Shown here: positions 10,206 to 20,167 of the stretch, one piece after another
Position numbering within the stretch: the first letter of the stretch is position 1
How the letters are laid out: each line of letters starts with the position of its first letter
Assembly (NCBI GenBank): GCA_016860985.1
Contig: BOKM01000001.1
Location: 2,310-66,309 of the forward strand
Length of the DNA stretch: 64,000 nt
Source: Patescibacteria group bacterium
GTDB lineage: Bacteria > Patescibacteriota > Dojkabacteria > GCA-002793355
Direction: 5' to 3'
The notes under the pieces: model-generated
Told to the model about the DNA's origin: nothing
Databases searched by the model: none
Seen by the model: the letters and a program-made list of their open reading frames with translations, nothing else
Translations under genes and position numbers: made by a program

Positions 10206-11063
10206 ATGAATTGGTTTATTCTTACCCTTATTTATGTTTTCTTTCTTACCACTGCCTCTGTCATTAACAAGAAATCGTTAAATGCCGAAAAATTAGATGA
10301 AATTGTATTTGGGGCTTCTGTTCAGGTCGCTACAAGTATCGTAAGTTTACTACTCGCACTTGCGACAGGTTGGGCATTTACTTTTAATGCAGCTTCTATA
10401 CCGTTGTTTGTTGGAATGGGTGTTGTTTACTTTTTTGCCGTAAGTATGTATTTTACGGGACTAAGTAAAATTGAACTTTCAACAGTTACCATACTTGAAG
10501 CAACTGGAGCAATTTACTCACTACTACTTGGAATATTTCTTTTAGGTGAGTCTTTTACAGCAATGAAGTTGCTGGGTATTGCACTTATCATCGCAGCGGT
10601 GTTAATCGTTTCGCTCAGTAAAGAGAAGAAATCATTTTCAAAGTATTCTTTAATAATTTTGGCTGCAATATTCTTTTATGCACTTGGAGCGGTACTCGAT
10701 AAGCAGTTAAATGCTTTTGGTAACCCCTTAAGCTATCTTACGTTGTCGTTCGCAACTGCAGGGATTTCGATGTTACTCATCTACTTTAAACGAACAAGGG
10801 CTGCATTGAACGGAACCTTCAAACTCAAAGTTTTTTGGCAGGGAATAATTACAAATGGAATACTGTATTCTCTCGGCTTCTGGTCACTTTTTGAAGCTTA
10901 TAATCGAGGAGGTGAAGTATCTAGAATGTTTCCGATTACGCTTTCAATGTCTGTTCTTATCCCTCTCATGGGGATTTTGTTTTTAAAAGAGCGTAATTAC
11001 CTCCCACGAAAAATAATTGCGATTGTCGTAATGATTGTTGGTCTTTGGATTCTTGGCAACTAA
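10206..11063 (+). CDS. EamA/DMT-family transporter
   Basis: 285 aa, about 10 TM helices in two repeated halves, typical of drug/metabolite transporters. Confidence 0.55.
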   Translation: MNWFILTLIYVFFLTTASVINKKSLNAEKLDEIVFGASVQVATSIVSLLLALATGWAFTFNAASIPLFVGMGVVYFFAVSMYFTGLSKIELSTVTILEATGAIYSLLLGIFLLGESFTAMKLLGIALIIAAVLIVSLSKEKKSFSKYSLIILAAIFFYALGAVLDKQLNAFGNPLSYLTLSFATAGISMLLIYFKRTRAALNGTFKLKVFWQGIITNGILYSLGFWSLFEAYNRGGEVSRMFPITLSMSVLIPLMGILFLKERNYLPRKIIAIVVMIVGLWILGN

Positions 11064-11108
11064 TTGATTGTTGTGCTATACAATAAAAGCTAAATTTCAA
11101 GATACATT

Positions 11109-11930
11109 ATGAAAAAACTAGGCATACTTCTTCTATTAGTACTTATTGTTGGTGGTGGCGCATATTGGTACTTCACAACATACTCCCCCAAAAAGGCAGA
11201 CAAAAATACAACGCAGAATAGTAATCTAGTGAAAGATAACAGAAACACAAATACCGTTATGGACGGCGAACTTCTTGATATAGTTTTCTATAAACAAGTG
11301 TCTCTTAGTTCGAGTAAATTTTTTTATAACGATGACCCCAGTAGTTCCTCCATTTTCGGAGAAAAGCCGTATGCCTACTTTAATGTCGTTTACAAATCGA
11401 GTGGAACCCAAACCGAGGTACTCGAATATTACAAGAACATCTTCACTAAACCGATTGAAAGAGAATATCCTGATTCAGATATGGTAACTGGCTATATCGA
11501 TGAGTATAAAGTATCTGCAACTCGCTACGAAGCTGACAACACCGTTTACCTTCAGATTCATTTCCCCAGCGAAAAGGTTACAAAGGACTCGATATATTTG
11601 AATAAATTTCCCTTAGAACTTAAAGCATCTTCATATCTCGAGGAGCACGAATTGTCCTATGGTGTACTTGAGCAGAACGGTGGCGAAGTTGAGTACACTA
11701 AGTACTATACAATTATCGATTCTGGTGACAAAAACCAAGATGGCAAAGACGATATCGATGAATATGATGAAGTACTTACAGATTACAAGGCCACCTATAA
11801 ATACGAACCTAACTATGTATTTGATGAGAAATTGCAACAGCTAACGTGGGAATATGAAGGCTACAAGGTTACCGTTGCATTTGCTGATTCTCACGATCGC
11901 GTGTACGTAATGATGAGAAAGAAATTATAA
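11109..11930 (+). CDS. hypothetical membrane-anchored/secreted protein
   Basis: N-terminal TM/signal segment (LGILLLLVLIVGGGAYWYF), acidic C-terminus. Confidence 0.4.
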   Translation: MKKLGILLLLVLIVGGGAYWYFTTYSPKKADKNTTQNSNLVKDNRNTNTVMDGELLDIVFYKQVSLSSSKFFYNDDPSSSSIFGEKPYAYFNVVYKSSGTQTEVLEYYKNIFTKPIEREYPDSDMVTGYIDEYKVSATRYEADNTVYLQIHFPSEKVTKDSIYLNKFPLELKASSYLEEHELSYGVLEQNGGEVEYTKYYTIIDSGDKNQDGKDDIDEYDEVLTDYKATYKYEPNYVFDEKLQQLTWEYEGYKVTVAFADSHDRVYVMMRKKL

Positions 11931-11934
11931 ACTT

Positions 11935-12591
11935 CTACACCTTCTGACTATCGATTAATTCTTTCAATACTGCTTTTACTTCACTATAAGAAAAACCGCG
12001 ACCAAGAAGTCGGTTCGTTACTTTTTGTTTTAAGTCGTACGCATCTTTGGCTTTAACTGTTTTTAGCAGTTTTTGGGCAAACACTTTCAATTTCTCGCCT
12101 TGATCAGCCGCATTTGTAGGGTCTTCGCTATGTTTTGAAAGTACGTTTGTAATTATTTTTAAGGATACTCCTTTAGCCAGCAATTCAGATTTGATTTTGT
12201 TATGTCCTTGCGTTCCAGAAGAAAGCTTATACGTCGCATACCATTCTGCAAAACGTTCGTCTGAAAGCATGCCAAGATCAGTTAGTTTCTCGATTACTTG
12301 CTGTGTTTCTTCTTCAGTGTATTTTTTACGATAAACTAAGTAACTTTTTAACTCTGCGATTGATCTCGGGCGCAAGGCAACAAAACGATACGCTCGTTCA
12401 AGTAATTTGCCTGAGGCTGCTACTGCTTCGATTTTCTCTTTCTCTTCTTGAGTTAAGACCTTTTCTTTAATGAGCTTAAGCGCGACCATATCATTTTTCG
12501 AGATGCCAAGCCAAAACGCACCATTTAGAAATACATTAACCCTTTCAGAATTCCGCTTTGCTTGCGAGATGTTGGTGATGACGTACAACAT
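11935..12591 (-). CDS. recX: RecX family regulatory protein
   Basis: Three-helical-repeat architecture and length (218 aa). The sequence (…LERAYRFVALRPRSIAELKSYLVYRKKYTEEE…KLTDLGMLSDERFAEWY…) matches the RecX family pattern. Confidence 0.65.
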   Translation of the reverse strand: MLYVITNISQAKRNSERVNVFLNGAFWLGISKNDMVALKLIKEKVLTQEEKEKIEAVAASGKLLERAYRFVALRPRSIAELKSYLVYRKKYTEEETQQVIEKLTDLGMLSDERFAEWYATYKLSSGTQGHNKIKSELLAKGVSLKIITNVLSKHSEDPTNAADQGEKLKVFAQKLLKTVKAKDAYDLKQKVTNRLLGRGFSYSEVKAVLKELIDSQKV

Positions 12592-12941
12592 TATGGAAAT
12601 ACAAGATACAGCCAGTTTACGATTTGTGCGGCAAATAATAAAACAATATAAGGAATAATATATCCATATATTGCATCAATTACGCGAATAGCTACACGGA
12701 ACAGTTTTGCAAGGATGATCGCCATAACAGGGAAGCATATAAATTCAAGCACAATTGCTCCCATCCAAAAAACGAGCCCCGCCATTGCTACATTTGGGTC
12801 ATTAAGTTCTGGGAAAAAATACAAAACAGGCTTTAAAAATTGAATACTTAAATATCCAGCGCCAAAAACAAACGAAAAAAACAGATACAATATAAAACTT
12901 ATAATACCAATCCAGTGGCCAGTTGTAATTTTACGTTTCAT
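12591..12941 (-). CDS. small membrane protein
   Basis: 116-aa hydrophobic ORF with 4 TM, immediately upstream of recX and overlapping it by 1 nt. Confidence 0.4.
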   Translation of the reverse strand: MKRKITTGHWIGIISFILYLFFSFVFGAGYLSIQFLKPVLYFFPELNDPNVAMAGLVFWMGAIVLEFICFPVMAIILAKLFRVAIRVIDAIYGYIIPYIVLLFAAQIVNWLYLVFP

Positions 12942-12981
12942 ATATTATCGTAGTCCTTTCTTATTATGATGTCTATAAAAT

Positions 12982-13338
12982 CTACTCATTTGCCCTTAAG
13001 ATCTTCTCCATCGGCTTTCCTTTTGCTAGCTCATCAATCAGTTTATCGAGATATCGAATTTGCTGCATCAGTTTGTCTGAAATTTCTTCTACCCGAACGC
13101 CACACACTATTCCTGTAATTTTCGAAGAAAGTGGATTAAAATGCGGTGCTTGGTCAAAAAAGGTTCTGAAATCGACTTCTTTGGTAACTTGTTCTTGCAA
13201 AGATTGCAACGTGTAACCGGTAAGCCAGCAGATAACCTCATCAACTTCTGCCTGGGTACGCCCTTTGCGCTCTGCTTTTTTAACATATAACGGATACACT
13301 CGAGAAAAAGCCATTGAATATATTCTATTTTCTTGCAT
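12982..13338 (-). CDS. DUF2200 family protein
   Basis: [42 protein letters not shown] matches the conserved N-terminus of DUF2200 as recalled. Confidence 0.45.
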   Translation of the reverse strand: MQENRIYSMAFSRVYPLYVKKAERKGRTQAEVDEVICWLTGYTLQSLQEQVTKEVDFRTFFDQAPHFNPLSSKITGIVCGVRVEEISDKLMQQIRYLDKLIDELAKGKPMEKILRANE

Positions 13339-14059
13339 ACAAAGTATACTATGTCTATGATGAAAAATATCAAAAAGATTCTACTTGCACTCGTTGTTGT
13401 GCTATTGGCCACAACTGGAGGTTTTCTGATTTACGCAACCGACTACTACAAAGCAGACGAAACAGCCCAACAATTACTACAGTCAAATGCAGCAATAAAT
13501 GACAACGGCTCACTCGTTACCATAACCCCCACACAACAAACCGAAACCGCTCTCATTTTTTTACCCAGGGGCAAAAGTCGAACATACTGCGTATCTCCCA
13601 CTTCTTGAAAAGGTGAGCCGAACGTCAAACATCAAGATTTTCCTTGTTCGAATGCCACTTCGCTTTGCAATTTTTAATCAAAACGCTGCAGCACGAATTA
13701 TGTCTCAAAACCCAGACATTACAAAATGGTACCTTGGCGGGCATTCCCTAGGTGGAGCGATGGCAAGTAGCTTTGCCTCAAATAATCAGGATAAAGTTCA
13801 AGGACTCATATTGCTTGGTGCGTATGTGTATGGAAGTTACCCAAAGGAGAAGTCACTGACAATCTATGGAACCTTAAATACTACTGTGTCAGAGAAGGTT
13901 GATTACACTGAAAATGTAGTCGCGATTGAGGGCGGTAATCATGCGCAGTTTGGAAATTATGGAAAGCAAAAGGGTGACCAAGAGGCCACCATAACGTCAG
14001 TACAGCAACAACAAGCAGCAGTTGAGGCAATTAAGGACTTTCTTTCAAAGGCAGAGTAA
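13333..14059 (+). pseudogene. alpha/beta hydrolase (GHSLGG nucleophile elbow) disrupted by a +1 frameshift in a T7 homopolymer
   Basis: ORFs 13333..13608 and 13613..14059 are in adjacent frames. Removing one T from the run at 13556-13562 yields a continuous protein (...ALIFYPGAKVEHTAYLPLLEKVSRTSNIKIF...WYLGGHSLGGAMAS...), the classic fold signature. Confidence 0.6.
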
Positions 14060-14099
14060 CGCTCTTCTAGAAAATTCTAGATTGTGCTACCGTAGAATA

Positions 14100-14366
14100 A
14101 TGAACAAAAAACTTTTTTGTCAAAGTTGCGGGTATCCAATGGAAGCAGGTTCTGAAAAATGCGGAACAAATGCCGACGGATCCAGAAGCGACAAGTACTG
14201 CTCCATGTGCTATATGGATGGAAAGTTTCTCTCTCCTCCAGAAGTCGACACAGCGGAAAAGTTCCAGAAATACTGCATGCAGGAGATGAAAAAAGATGGA
14301 ATGAACGGCTTAATGGCGTGGTTTTTGACCAGGGGTATCCCAAGGTTGGAACGGTGGAGAAAATAG
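14100..14366 (+). CDS. zinc-ribbon domain protein
   Basis: CQSCGYP...C-x16-CSMC: two CxxC pairs. The start is taken at the internal Met MNKKLF. Confidence 0.4.
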   Translation: MNKKLFCQSCGYPMEAGSEKCGTNADGSRSDKYCSMCYMDGKFLSPPEVDTAEKFQKYCMQEMKKDGMNGLMAWFLTRGIPRLERWRK

Positions 14367-14558
14367 TCTACAGTTTATTGATAAATTTTCGATACTGCCC
14401 TTTTGTCAAAAACACCCGATGTACTGATCTATTTTCAGTATTTCCTGTAAGTGTCGCTGTCGGAGATATTCCGTGCGCAACAACTTTCATTGTGCCTAGG
14501 TTAATATCCAAATAGTAGTACTCCTTATTTTTATTCATTCTCGTTTGTATAATCAAAG

Positions 14559-15035
14559 ATGACTTCTATTTTAGTGTACACCTTTTTCGGCTATGCGAAA
14601 GCTACTTCAAGAGGTTTGTACAACTACAATGACCAAACAATGCCTTTTGACAAACTTTTTATACCAAACCGTTTTGGAACCAGCAAGCTAATTGAAAAAC
14701 TGCATCTTTACGATTATGTACTTGGTATTGCAGACCACAATAAGAATGCAACAAAATCAAGATTTGACCCGGTGTATATCAATAAATATTCCAATAGAAT
14801 GTTAAAAGCTGACAGCCCTGAACAAATTTCGGCAAATCTCAACCTTACACTTCCTGAGACCTTTTATACTTTTGCAGGTACTACAAATGGGCCTTGCAAC
14901 AGATCTGCCTATCTTTGTATGAACGAGATCACTTTAAAGTGCTTACACACAACATTTGGATTCTTTCACCTACACAAAAAGAGATGGGAGAGTGACCTTG
15001 CAACGTTACTTCGTTTGATTACGAGTCATTCGTAG
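14559..15035 (+). CDS. hypothetical protein
   Basis: 158-aa ORF with no motif recognised. Confidence 0.3.
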   Translation: MTSILVYTFFGYAKATSRGLYNYNDQTMPFDKLFIPNRFGTSKLIEKLHLYDYVLGIADHNKNATKSRFDPVYINKYSNRMLKADSPEQISANLNLTLPETFYTFAGTTNGPCNRSAYLCMNEITLKCLHTTFGFFHLHKKRWESDLATLLRLITSHS

Positions 15036-15407
15036 TGCAGAATAATAAACAAGATAACAGTAACTCGCCAAGAGAGTGAGTGGCGCAAACATGAACCGTT
15101 CAAAATCTGTTTTCGCAAATACGTTACCGACAGTATTTAGAAGCATTAACAAGGCTAACGAGAAAAAGAGATAGATATAAAACCGGTTTCCAACACCTTT
15201 TTCAATTTTGAAAGAAAGTATAAACCAAAGAAGAAGCATTTGAACCGCAATTGAGATAGCCTCAAAGGTATACATTTGTTCGACTGTTTGTAGCTGGCCG
15301 CCCCACACATTCACAAAATCAACAAATCGAGTAACAATGAGCGCATGGTATACAAGAGCAATCACATTTATTGAAACAAGAATGGATTTTGCAGTTTTTA
15401 GGGTCAT
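15006..15407 (-). CDS. small membrane protein
   Basis: 133 aa, 4 TM. Confidence 0.35.
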   Translation of the reverse strand: MTLKTAKSILVSINVIALVYHALIVTRFVDFVNVWGGQLQTVEQMYTFEAISIAVQMLLLWFILSFKIEKGVGNRFYIYLFFSLALLMLLNTVGNVFAKTDFERFMFAPLTLLASYCYLVYYSALRMTRNQTK

Positions 15408-15521
15408 CTTTATGGTAACCTATGAATTTATTACACGTAGTTAACTTTTTACCAACTCGGTGAATTTCGGTCAAGGATTGAATTTATTGCAGATACCCAG
15501 GAGAAAAGATATAGTGTTTTA

Positions 15522-15914
15522 ATGAAGCGAAAACTAAACGCAAAAGGATATATGGTTATTCTTGCATGTTTTATCTATTCACTAGTCCTTTTCAACGCGC
15601 TGGATTTCCATTCTTTTGCATATGCGACACGAATTGCACCTTTCTATTACATTACAGAGTTGCTTGTAATAGTCTACTATATTACAAATGCCGGGACGAT
15701 GGTTTTCTTAACACCGTTAATTCTTTTACTCGGAGAAAAGGCTTCTGACAAAATTTTCTGCGGAGAGTGTATTGCTCCAATACCTGTAATTACAACTTTT
15801 ACGACTTTCATATTTTTATCGGCATTTTTGCTTGTCCTCTTTAACAAATGTTTATTCACTGAGCGGGCAAAACCAATAAAAAGTAAAACTAGTAAGACTA
15901 AGCGAGTTTCTTAA
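15522..15914 (+). CDS. small membrane protein
   Basis: 130 aa, 3-4 TM. Confidence 0.35.
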   Translation: MKRKLNAKGYMVILACFIYSLVLFNALDFHSFAYATRIAPFYYITELLVIVYYITNAGTMVFLTPLILLLGEKASDKIFCGECIAPIPVITTFTTFIFLSAFLLVLFNKCLFTERAKPIKSKTSKTKRVS

Positions 15915-16365
15915 TAAACCGTTGCGCTTTTGTTTCAAAGCCATACTTTTTGTAGAAGCTGTGTGCACGATCTAGTCCATTTTCTGACTCTAGATTTACT
16001 TTCACAACATTGTTTTCCTTACACCATTCAAAAAAGGCATCCATGAGTTTGATTGCATTTCCTCCACCTCGGTGAGTTTTTTGCAAAAAGAATTCTTCGA
16101 CTTCTGCTCTATTCCCGCCATTTCTGAGCATGGGGCATAAATATCCAGTAACGATTCCAATAACTTCGTTTTCAGGGGTCTCGAGTAAAAAGATTGCGTA
16201 ATCGTCACGAGCGAGTAGCGTTTCAAACACTTTGCTGCCACCGTCTCTGGCGCTTGTTGATTCGCACTGTTCTCCAGTTATCTGTTCCATACAATCCGCT
16301 CTAAAATCATCTAAGATTTTGAGAACTGCAGCTTTGTCTTGAATAGTTGCTTTGCGTGTTTGCAT
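15898..16365 (-). CDS. GNAT family N-acetyltransferase
   Basis: 155 aa with an acetyl-CoA binding segment (…LQKTHRGGGNAIKLMDA…) in the GNAT fold order. Confidence 0.65.
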   Translation of the reverse strand: MQTRKATIQDKAAVLKILDDFRADCMEQITGEQCESTSARDGGSKVFETLLARDDYAIFLLETPENEVIGIVTGYLCPMLRNGGNRAEVEEFFLQKTHRGGGNAIKLMDAFFEWCKENNVVKVNLESENGLDRAHSFYKKYGFETKAQRFIKKLA

Positions 16366-16432
16366 GGGGAATTATAACACTTTAGGTATTTCAGATATTC
16401 AGAACGATAATAATGATCTATAATTTAATACA

Positions 16433-16888
16433 ATGGAAAACATCAGTATCGTTCAAGCAAATCAAGATGATGCCGAATTACTTCTAGAAATCGAGCAAGC
16501 AACCGAATCAATAACATACTCAACGGTTAAGAATATTTCACAGGCGAAATCATATATTAATAGTGCTAAAATTTTATGGCTCTACAAAAACAACGTAGTA
16601 ATAGGCAAGGTATCATACGTTCTTTCGGAAGATAAGACTGTAGAGATCACTGGGCTTATTATCTTGCCTGCTTACAGAAAAAAGGGGTATGGTAAATACC
16701 TTGTTAAGCATGTTATTGCTCTATTTCCCAACGCTAAAATGAAATTAACCGTTCACCCTGAAAATAATTCTGCAATATCTTTATATTACTCACTAGGTTT
16801 TACCTCTCAAGATACACTAACTAACCCATATGGCGATGGAGAGCCACGATTGCTAATGATTAGGAATCCAGCAACACACCAGAAGTAA
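16433..16888 (+). CDS. GNAT family N-acetyltransferase
   Basis: ILPAYRKKGYGKYLVKHVI is the R/Q-x-x-G-x-G/A acetyl-CoA motif. Length 151 aa. Confidence 0.8.
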   Translation: MENISIVQANQDDAELLLEIEQATESITYSTVKNISQAKSYINSAKILWLYKNNVVIGKVSYVLSEDKTVEITGLIILPAYRKKGYGKYLVKHVIALFPNAKMKLTVHPENNSAISLYYSLGFTSQDTLTNPYGDGEPRLLMIRNPATHQK

Positions 16889-18404
16889 CAAGATACTTTT
16901 TTAATGTGTTTGCCTTCTTCAGAATTTTGTTTGCAATTTCAGTATCCAGCCCTCTTTTTGTGTGAATTGGGCCATTTACCGCACAATAACAAATAGTTTC
17001 GATCATTGCAGCCAAAAATGGTTGATAGTCGGAGTGCGTTGCACCTTCTCCATTATATAAATTCAATGATGCTCCATTGCCTAAAATAGTTAATGTTTTC
17101 CCGTTTGAAAGTTTATAAATTCGAGCGAAGTTATCAATGAAATTTAATTCACTTGACTCATCGAATTTGTGGTACGATTGCTTAATCTCATTAGAGGATA
17201 CAGTTGCAATATACGTGTCCCTTTCAATTTTTGACAGATTATCGTACGTTAGTGCATCCAATCCAGTGCATCCAACAACTAAGACAGGCTTAAACTCTTT
17301 TAACAGATAGACCAGATCTTTCGACACGGGGAAACCATCAGATAATGATTCAAAAACTCGGTAGGGTTCAATATCGCAAACATATACCGCCATGCCGTGA
17401 TTCCTCAAATCCTTCGCAATAACTTTGCCTAATGCTCCGTAACCAACAACTACTGCGATTTGGCTCTGTAAACCTATTTGAGGGATGAGTTCATAGATTC
17501 TATTGGTGATGGAGTGACCAATCACGGGGCTCATCAAGTTCTTTATTTCGGAATCGGCTAAGTTTACTACAGTAATGTCCAGATCTTGTCGTGCATTAAT
17601 TGCGTGCATTCCACCTTTTGTTGTTTCTATAAAACCGCTTGTAATATCCCCGTATTTAGCACCGAACAGGTCGATAACCGTTGTAATCATTAACCCTCCG
17701 TCGTCAAAAACGATTACCTTTTTATTCTCTTTTCGGGCTCTCACAAAGTAAGGATTAAGCTCATTAAATACTCTATCTGCTGACTCGGGTAGTATTGTTT
17801 CGTCTTCGGTTTTACCTGTTGGCGACACTGACTCAAATGGGCTCAAGACAAAGACGCCAATACCCAACGCCTTAAATGATTCCTCAATTCGATAAATATT
17901 TTTACATCTGTCACCCTTAGAGTAATAGACTGTGTTTTCAGGTTTAAGTCCAAGTTTAAACAATTCTTTGAAAACATTAAAGACTGATATTAAGCTATGT
18001 TCCCTGAATATTACAATGGCATTGCTTAATACTTGATCGCGGACGTATTCTTCTGAAACCATTTTACTTAGCAAAGGCGTATATTCGTAAAGTTTTTTTT
18101 CCTCTTCAGGAGAAAACACCTTACTCATAGTCTCAACGTAAGTATGGAGTTCCTCTACGCCTTCAGTATCAACAATCACCTCCATTCGTTTCAAGCCAGT
18201 TTGGTAGTACTCAAGAAATCGTTGGGGAGGCAAAAACTGAAATATAACTCTGATGTTATTTTCACAGGAGACGAAGGAAAGTGAGTTTTTATCATCCTTC
18301 TTCGATACTGGTTGTTTTGCAAATGCTTCCATCCACTCCTTTACGGACAAGATGACACGTGCAAAATAATTATCAGATCCGTAAAACTGGTTATGAGTAA
18401 TCAT
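16860..18404 (-). CDS. adenosylhomocysteinase-family protein (divergent, with an extra N-terminal region of about 130 aa)
   Basis: ETTKGGMHAI (compare ETTTGVHRL) and the NAD-binding stretch VVGYGALGKVIAKDLRNHGMAVYVCDIEPYRVFESLSDGFPV (compare GYGDVGKGCA...TEIDPI...EGFxV of SAHH). Confidence 0.5.
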   Translation of the reverse strand: MITHNQFYGSDNYFARVILSVKEWMEAFAKQPVSKKDDKNSLSFVSCENNIRVIFQFLPPQRFLEYYQTGLKRMEVIVDTEGVEELHTYVETMSKVFSPEEEKKLYEYTPLLSKMVSEEYVRDQVLSNAIVIFREHSLISVFNVFKELFKLGLKPENTVYYSKGDRCKNIYRIEESFKALGIGVFVLSPFESVSPTGKTEDETILPESADRVFNELNPYFVRARKENKKVIVFDDGGLMITTVIDLFGAKYGDITSGFIETTKGGMHAINARQDLDITVVNLADSEIKNLMSPVIGHSITNRIYELIPQIGLQSQIAVVVGYGALGKVIAKDLRNHGMAVYVCDIEPYRVFESLSDGFPVSKDLVYLLKEFKPVLVVGCTGLDALTYDNLSKIERDTYIATVSSNEIKQSYHKFDESSELNFIDNFARIYKLSNGKTLTILGNGASLNLYNGEGATHSDYQPFLAAMIETICYCAVNGPIHTKRGLDTEIANKILKKANTLKKYLVTSGVLLDS

Positions 18405-18490
18405 TGGTAAGGATAGAACTAATTAATCGGGAGGTCAAGAGAAAGAATATCTGGAACCTAAAAATTGATACTGAAGACCCTTTGGTTATA

Positions 18491-18577
18491 GATAGGACTG
18501 ACGGGACTTGAAGCAGCCATTACAATAATGCGGAACTGGAAGGTCTGGTACATGGAATGAGACAGTATAAAAAGGAT
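18491..18577 (+). repeat. copy A (short form) of a conserved noncoding element family (GATAGGACTGACGGGACTTGAAG...AATGCGG...GGTCTGG...GAGACAGTATAAAAAGGA)
   Basis: About 80% identity to 24714-24826 and to the split copy at 47538-47600 plus 47830-47866. Same orientation in all three. Confidence 0.6.
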
Positions 18578-18602
18578 GTCTCAGCGTGTCATTATCCAGA
18601 TA

Positions 18603-19253
18603 TTACCCTTCTACCAAACGCTCAGGAATGAACATTTCTGCATAAACTGGACCACCATGGCTCTTCATTAGTTTCCCAAGAAGGTATGGATGCAAATACT
18701 CTGAAGGAACAATTTGACAGAATGCTTTAATCATTTGGGGATCAATCAATTTCGCATACTTAAAAATAGATAAGACTTTCATTTTTTGCTCAATTTGCTC
18801 ATTGCTCCCAAAGAAAAACATCTTTGGAATAAAGTTGGTCGAATAGGGAGATCTAAAGTAAATAAGGTTTTCAGCAGAACGACTTGCAATATTGACACAC
18901 TTTGCAACGACTTCGTGATCAGTATGGTTGTCTTGCGGGAAATGAGTATAGATAGTATCGGGTTTAAACTCTTCAACAAGTTTTTCTAACTCCTTTTTCA
19001 CTTCCGTTGTATATTTTTCAAGTTCAGAGTCTGGATACTCAGAAAAAGAGTAATCTTTAACTCCCATTAATGTCGCAGCATCTAGAGCTTCCTTTGTCCT
19101 GATTTCTTCATATTCTTTTGCTTTTATCCCGCCTCTCGTTACACAGTGAATCTTTACTTTCGCCCCGTTCTTGATTAAATCTTCAATCTTCATTGACATG
19201 CTGATTTCAGCATCGTCTGGGTGCGCAACAATAATTAGAACTCGTTTTATCAT
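18603..19253 (-). CDS. PIG-L/LmbE-family deacetylase
   Basis: N-terminal VLIIVAHPDDAEI (AHPDD zinc-binding motif) and downstream HxDH-type motif (DNHTDHE). Confidence 0.75.
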   Translation of the reverse strand: MIKRVLIIVAHPDDAEISMSMKIEDLIKNGAKVKIHCVTRGGIKAKEYEEIRTKEALDAATLMGVKDYSFSEYPDSELEKYTTEVKKELEKLVEEFKPDTIYTHFPQDNHTDHEVVAKCVNIASRSAENLIYFRSPYSTNFIPKMFFFGSNEQIEQKMKVLSIFKYAKLIDPQMIKAFCQIVPSEYLHPYLLGKLMKSHGGPVYAEMFIPERLVEG

Positions 19254-19255
19254 TT

Positions 19256-20167
19256 TTAGTAGTTAGTAATCATAAGTTCTGATATAGAGCCTCTACTCGT
19301 CCCCTTAGAGTTAATATTCCTATTTGCGCGTACCTTTTTAATAAAGAATTTTTTGTACAGGGATTCAAAAAAGTTATCATTTATATCTGAATTATGTGGG
19401 TCAGAGTTGCTAAGTATAAGATTTGCGCCAAGATTATCCATTCGCTTGTAATAATCAGCTAAACGTTTTTGATCTTCGTCCGTGAATCCCTCTTTCGAGT
19501 AACTTGTAAAACTTGCTGCCTGCTTTAGTGGACGATATGGAGGATCAAGGTAAATCAAAGTGCCCTTTGTCACATAGTCTTCAGATAGCTGAAAATCTCC
19601 ACAAAGGATAACAGTCTTTTTCAATGACTTACTTACCTCAAATAGATTCTCCTTATCACAAATTTTTGGGTTCACATATCTTCCAAAAGGTACGTTGAAT
19701 TCCCCTTTCTTATTTTGTCTAAACAAACCATTAAAGCAAGTTCGATTAAGAAAGATTATCAACACCGTTCTCTCAATCCAATTAGGATTATAATGTGCAT
19801 AATCTATACCTTTTTGGGTCTCGTTATACAACATTCTCTTCAAATAGAAGAACTTTTCTCTCTCTGTTGAGACAAGACTTAAATACTCCTTCTGAATATT
19901 TTCCAATCTCTCGATAACCTCTTTTACATGAAGCTTTATTGTCTTGTACGCTAACACAAGGTCAGGATTAATATCAATTATTACTGACTTACCAATTTCA
20001 TAATTGTTGTTCAGATAGAAGAAGAAGGAACCACCACCAATAAAAGGCTCAATATATGTGGCAATCTTTTTTGTTTTAGTTACACTATTTGGTAGTCGTG
20101 CAATTAGATCATTCATTAACTGCCTTTTGCCACCTGCCCATTTTAGAAAGGGTTTTGAGTTAATCAT
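19256..20167 (-). CDS. Dam-class (D12) N6-adenine DNA methyltransferase, DpnM/MboIA-like
   Basis: N-terminal FLKWAGGKRQL and catalytic DPPY with EPFIGGGSFFF (AdoMet motif I). Last gene of a three-gene R-M operon on the minus strand. Confidence 0.85.
   Translation of the reverse strand: MINSKPFLKWAGGKRQLMNDLIARLPNSVTKTKKIATYIEPFIGGGSFFFYLNNNYEIGKSVIIDINPDLVLAYKTIKLHVKEVIERLENIQKEYLSLVSTEREKFFYLKRMLYNETQKGIDYAHYNPNWIERTVLIIFLNRTCFNGLFRQNKKGEFNVPFGRYVNPKICDKENLFEVSKSLKKTVILCGDFQLSEDYVTKGTLIYLDPPYRPLKQAASFTSYSKEGFTDEDQKRLADYYKRMDNLGANLILSNSDPHNSDINDNFFESLYKKFFIKKVRANRNINSKGTSRGSISELMITNY

Noticed and set aside
18491-18577. Conserved element as a tRNA, SRP-RNA or RNase-P fragment
   Set aside because: The reverse strand shows a TTCAAGT T-loop-like heptamer but no flanking T-stem or acceptor complementarity. 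The GAAGCAGCC SRP-like motif exists only in copy A. No RNase P P4 sequence. So it is left as an unclassified repeat.
18576-18665. 29-codon ORF beginning at the ATG inside element copy A (MSQRVIIQILPFY...)
   Set aside because: Too short, no RBS, not conserved in copies B and C.
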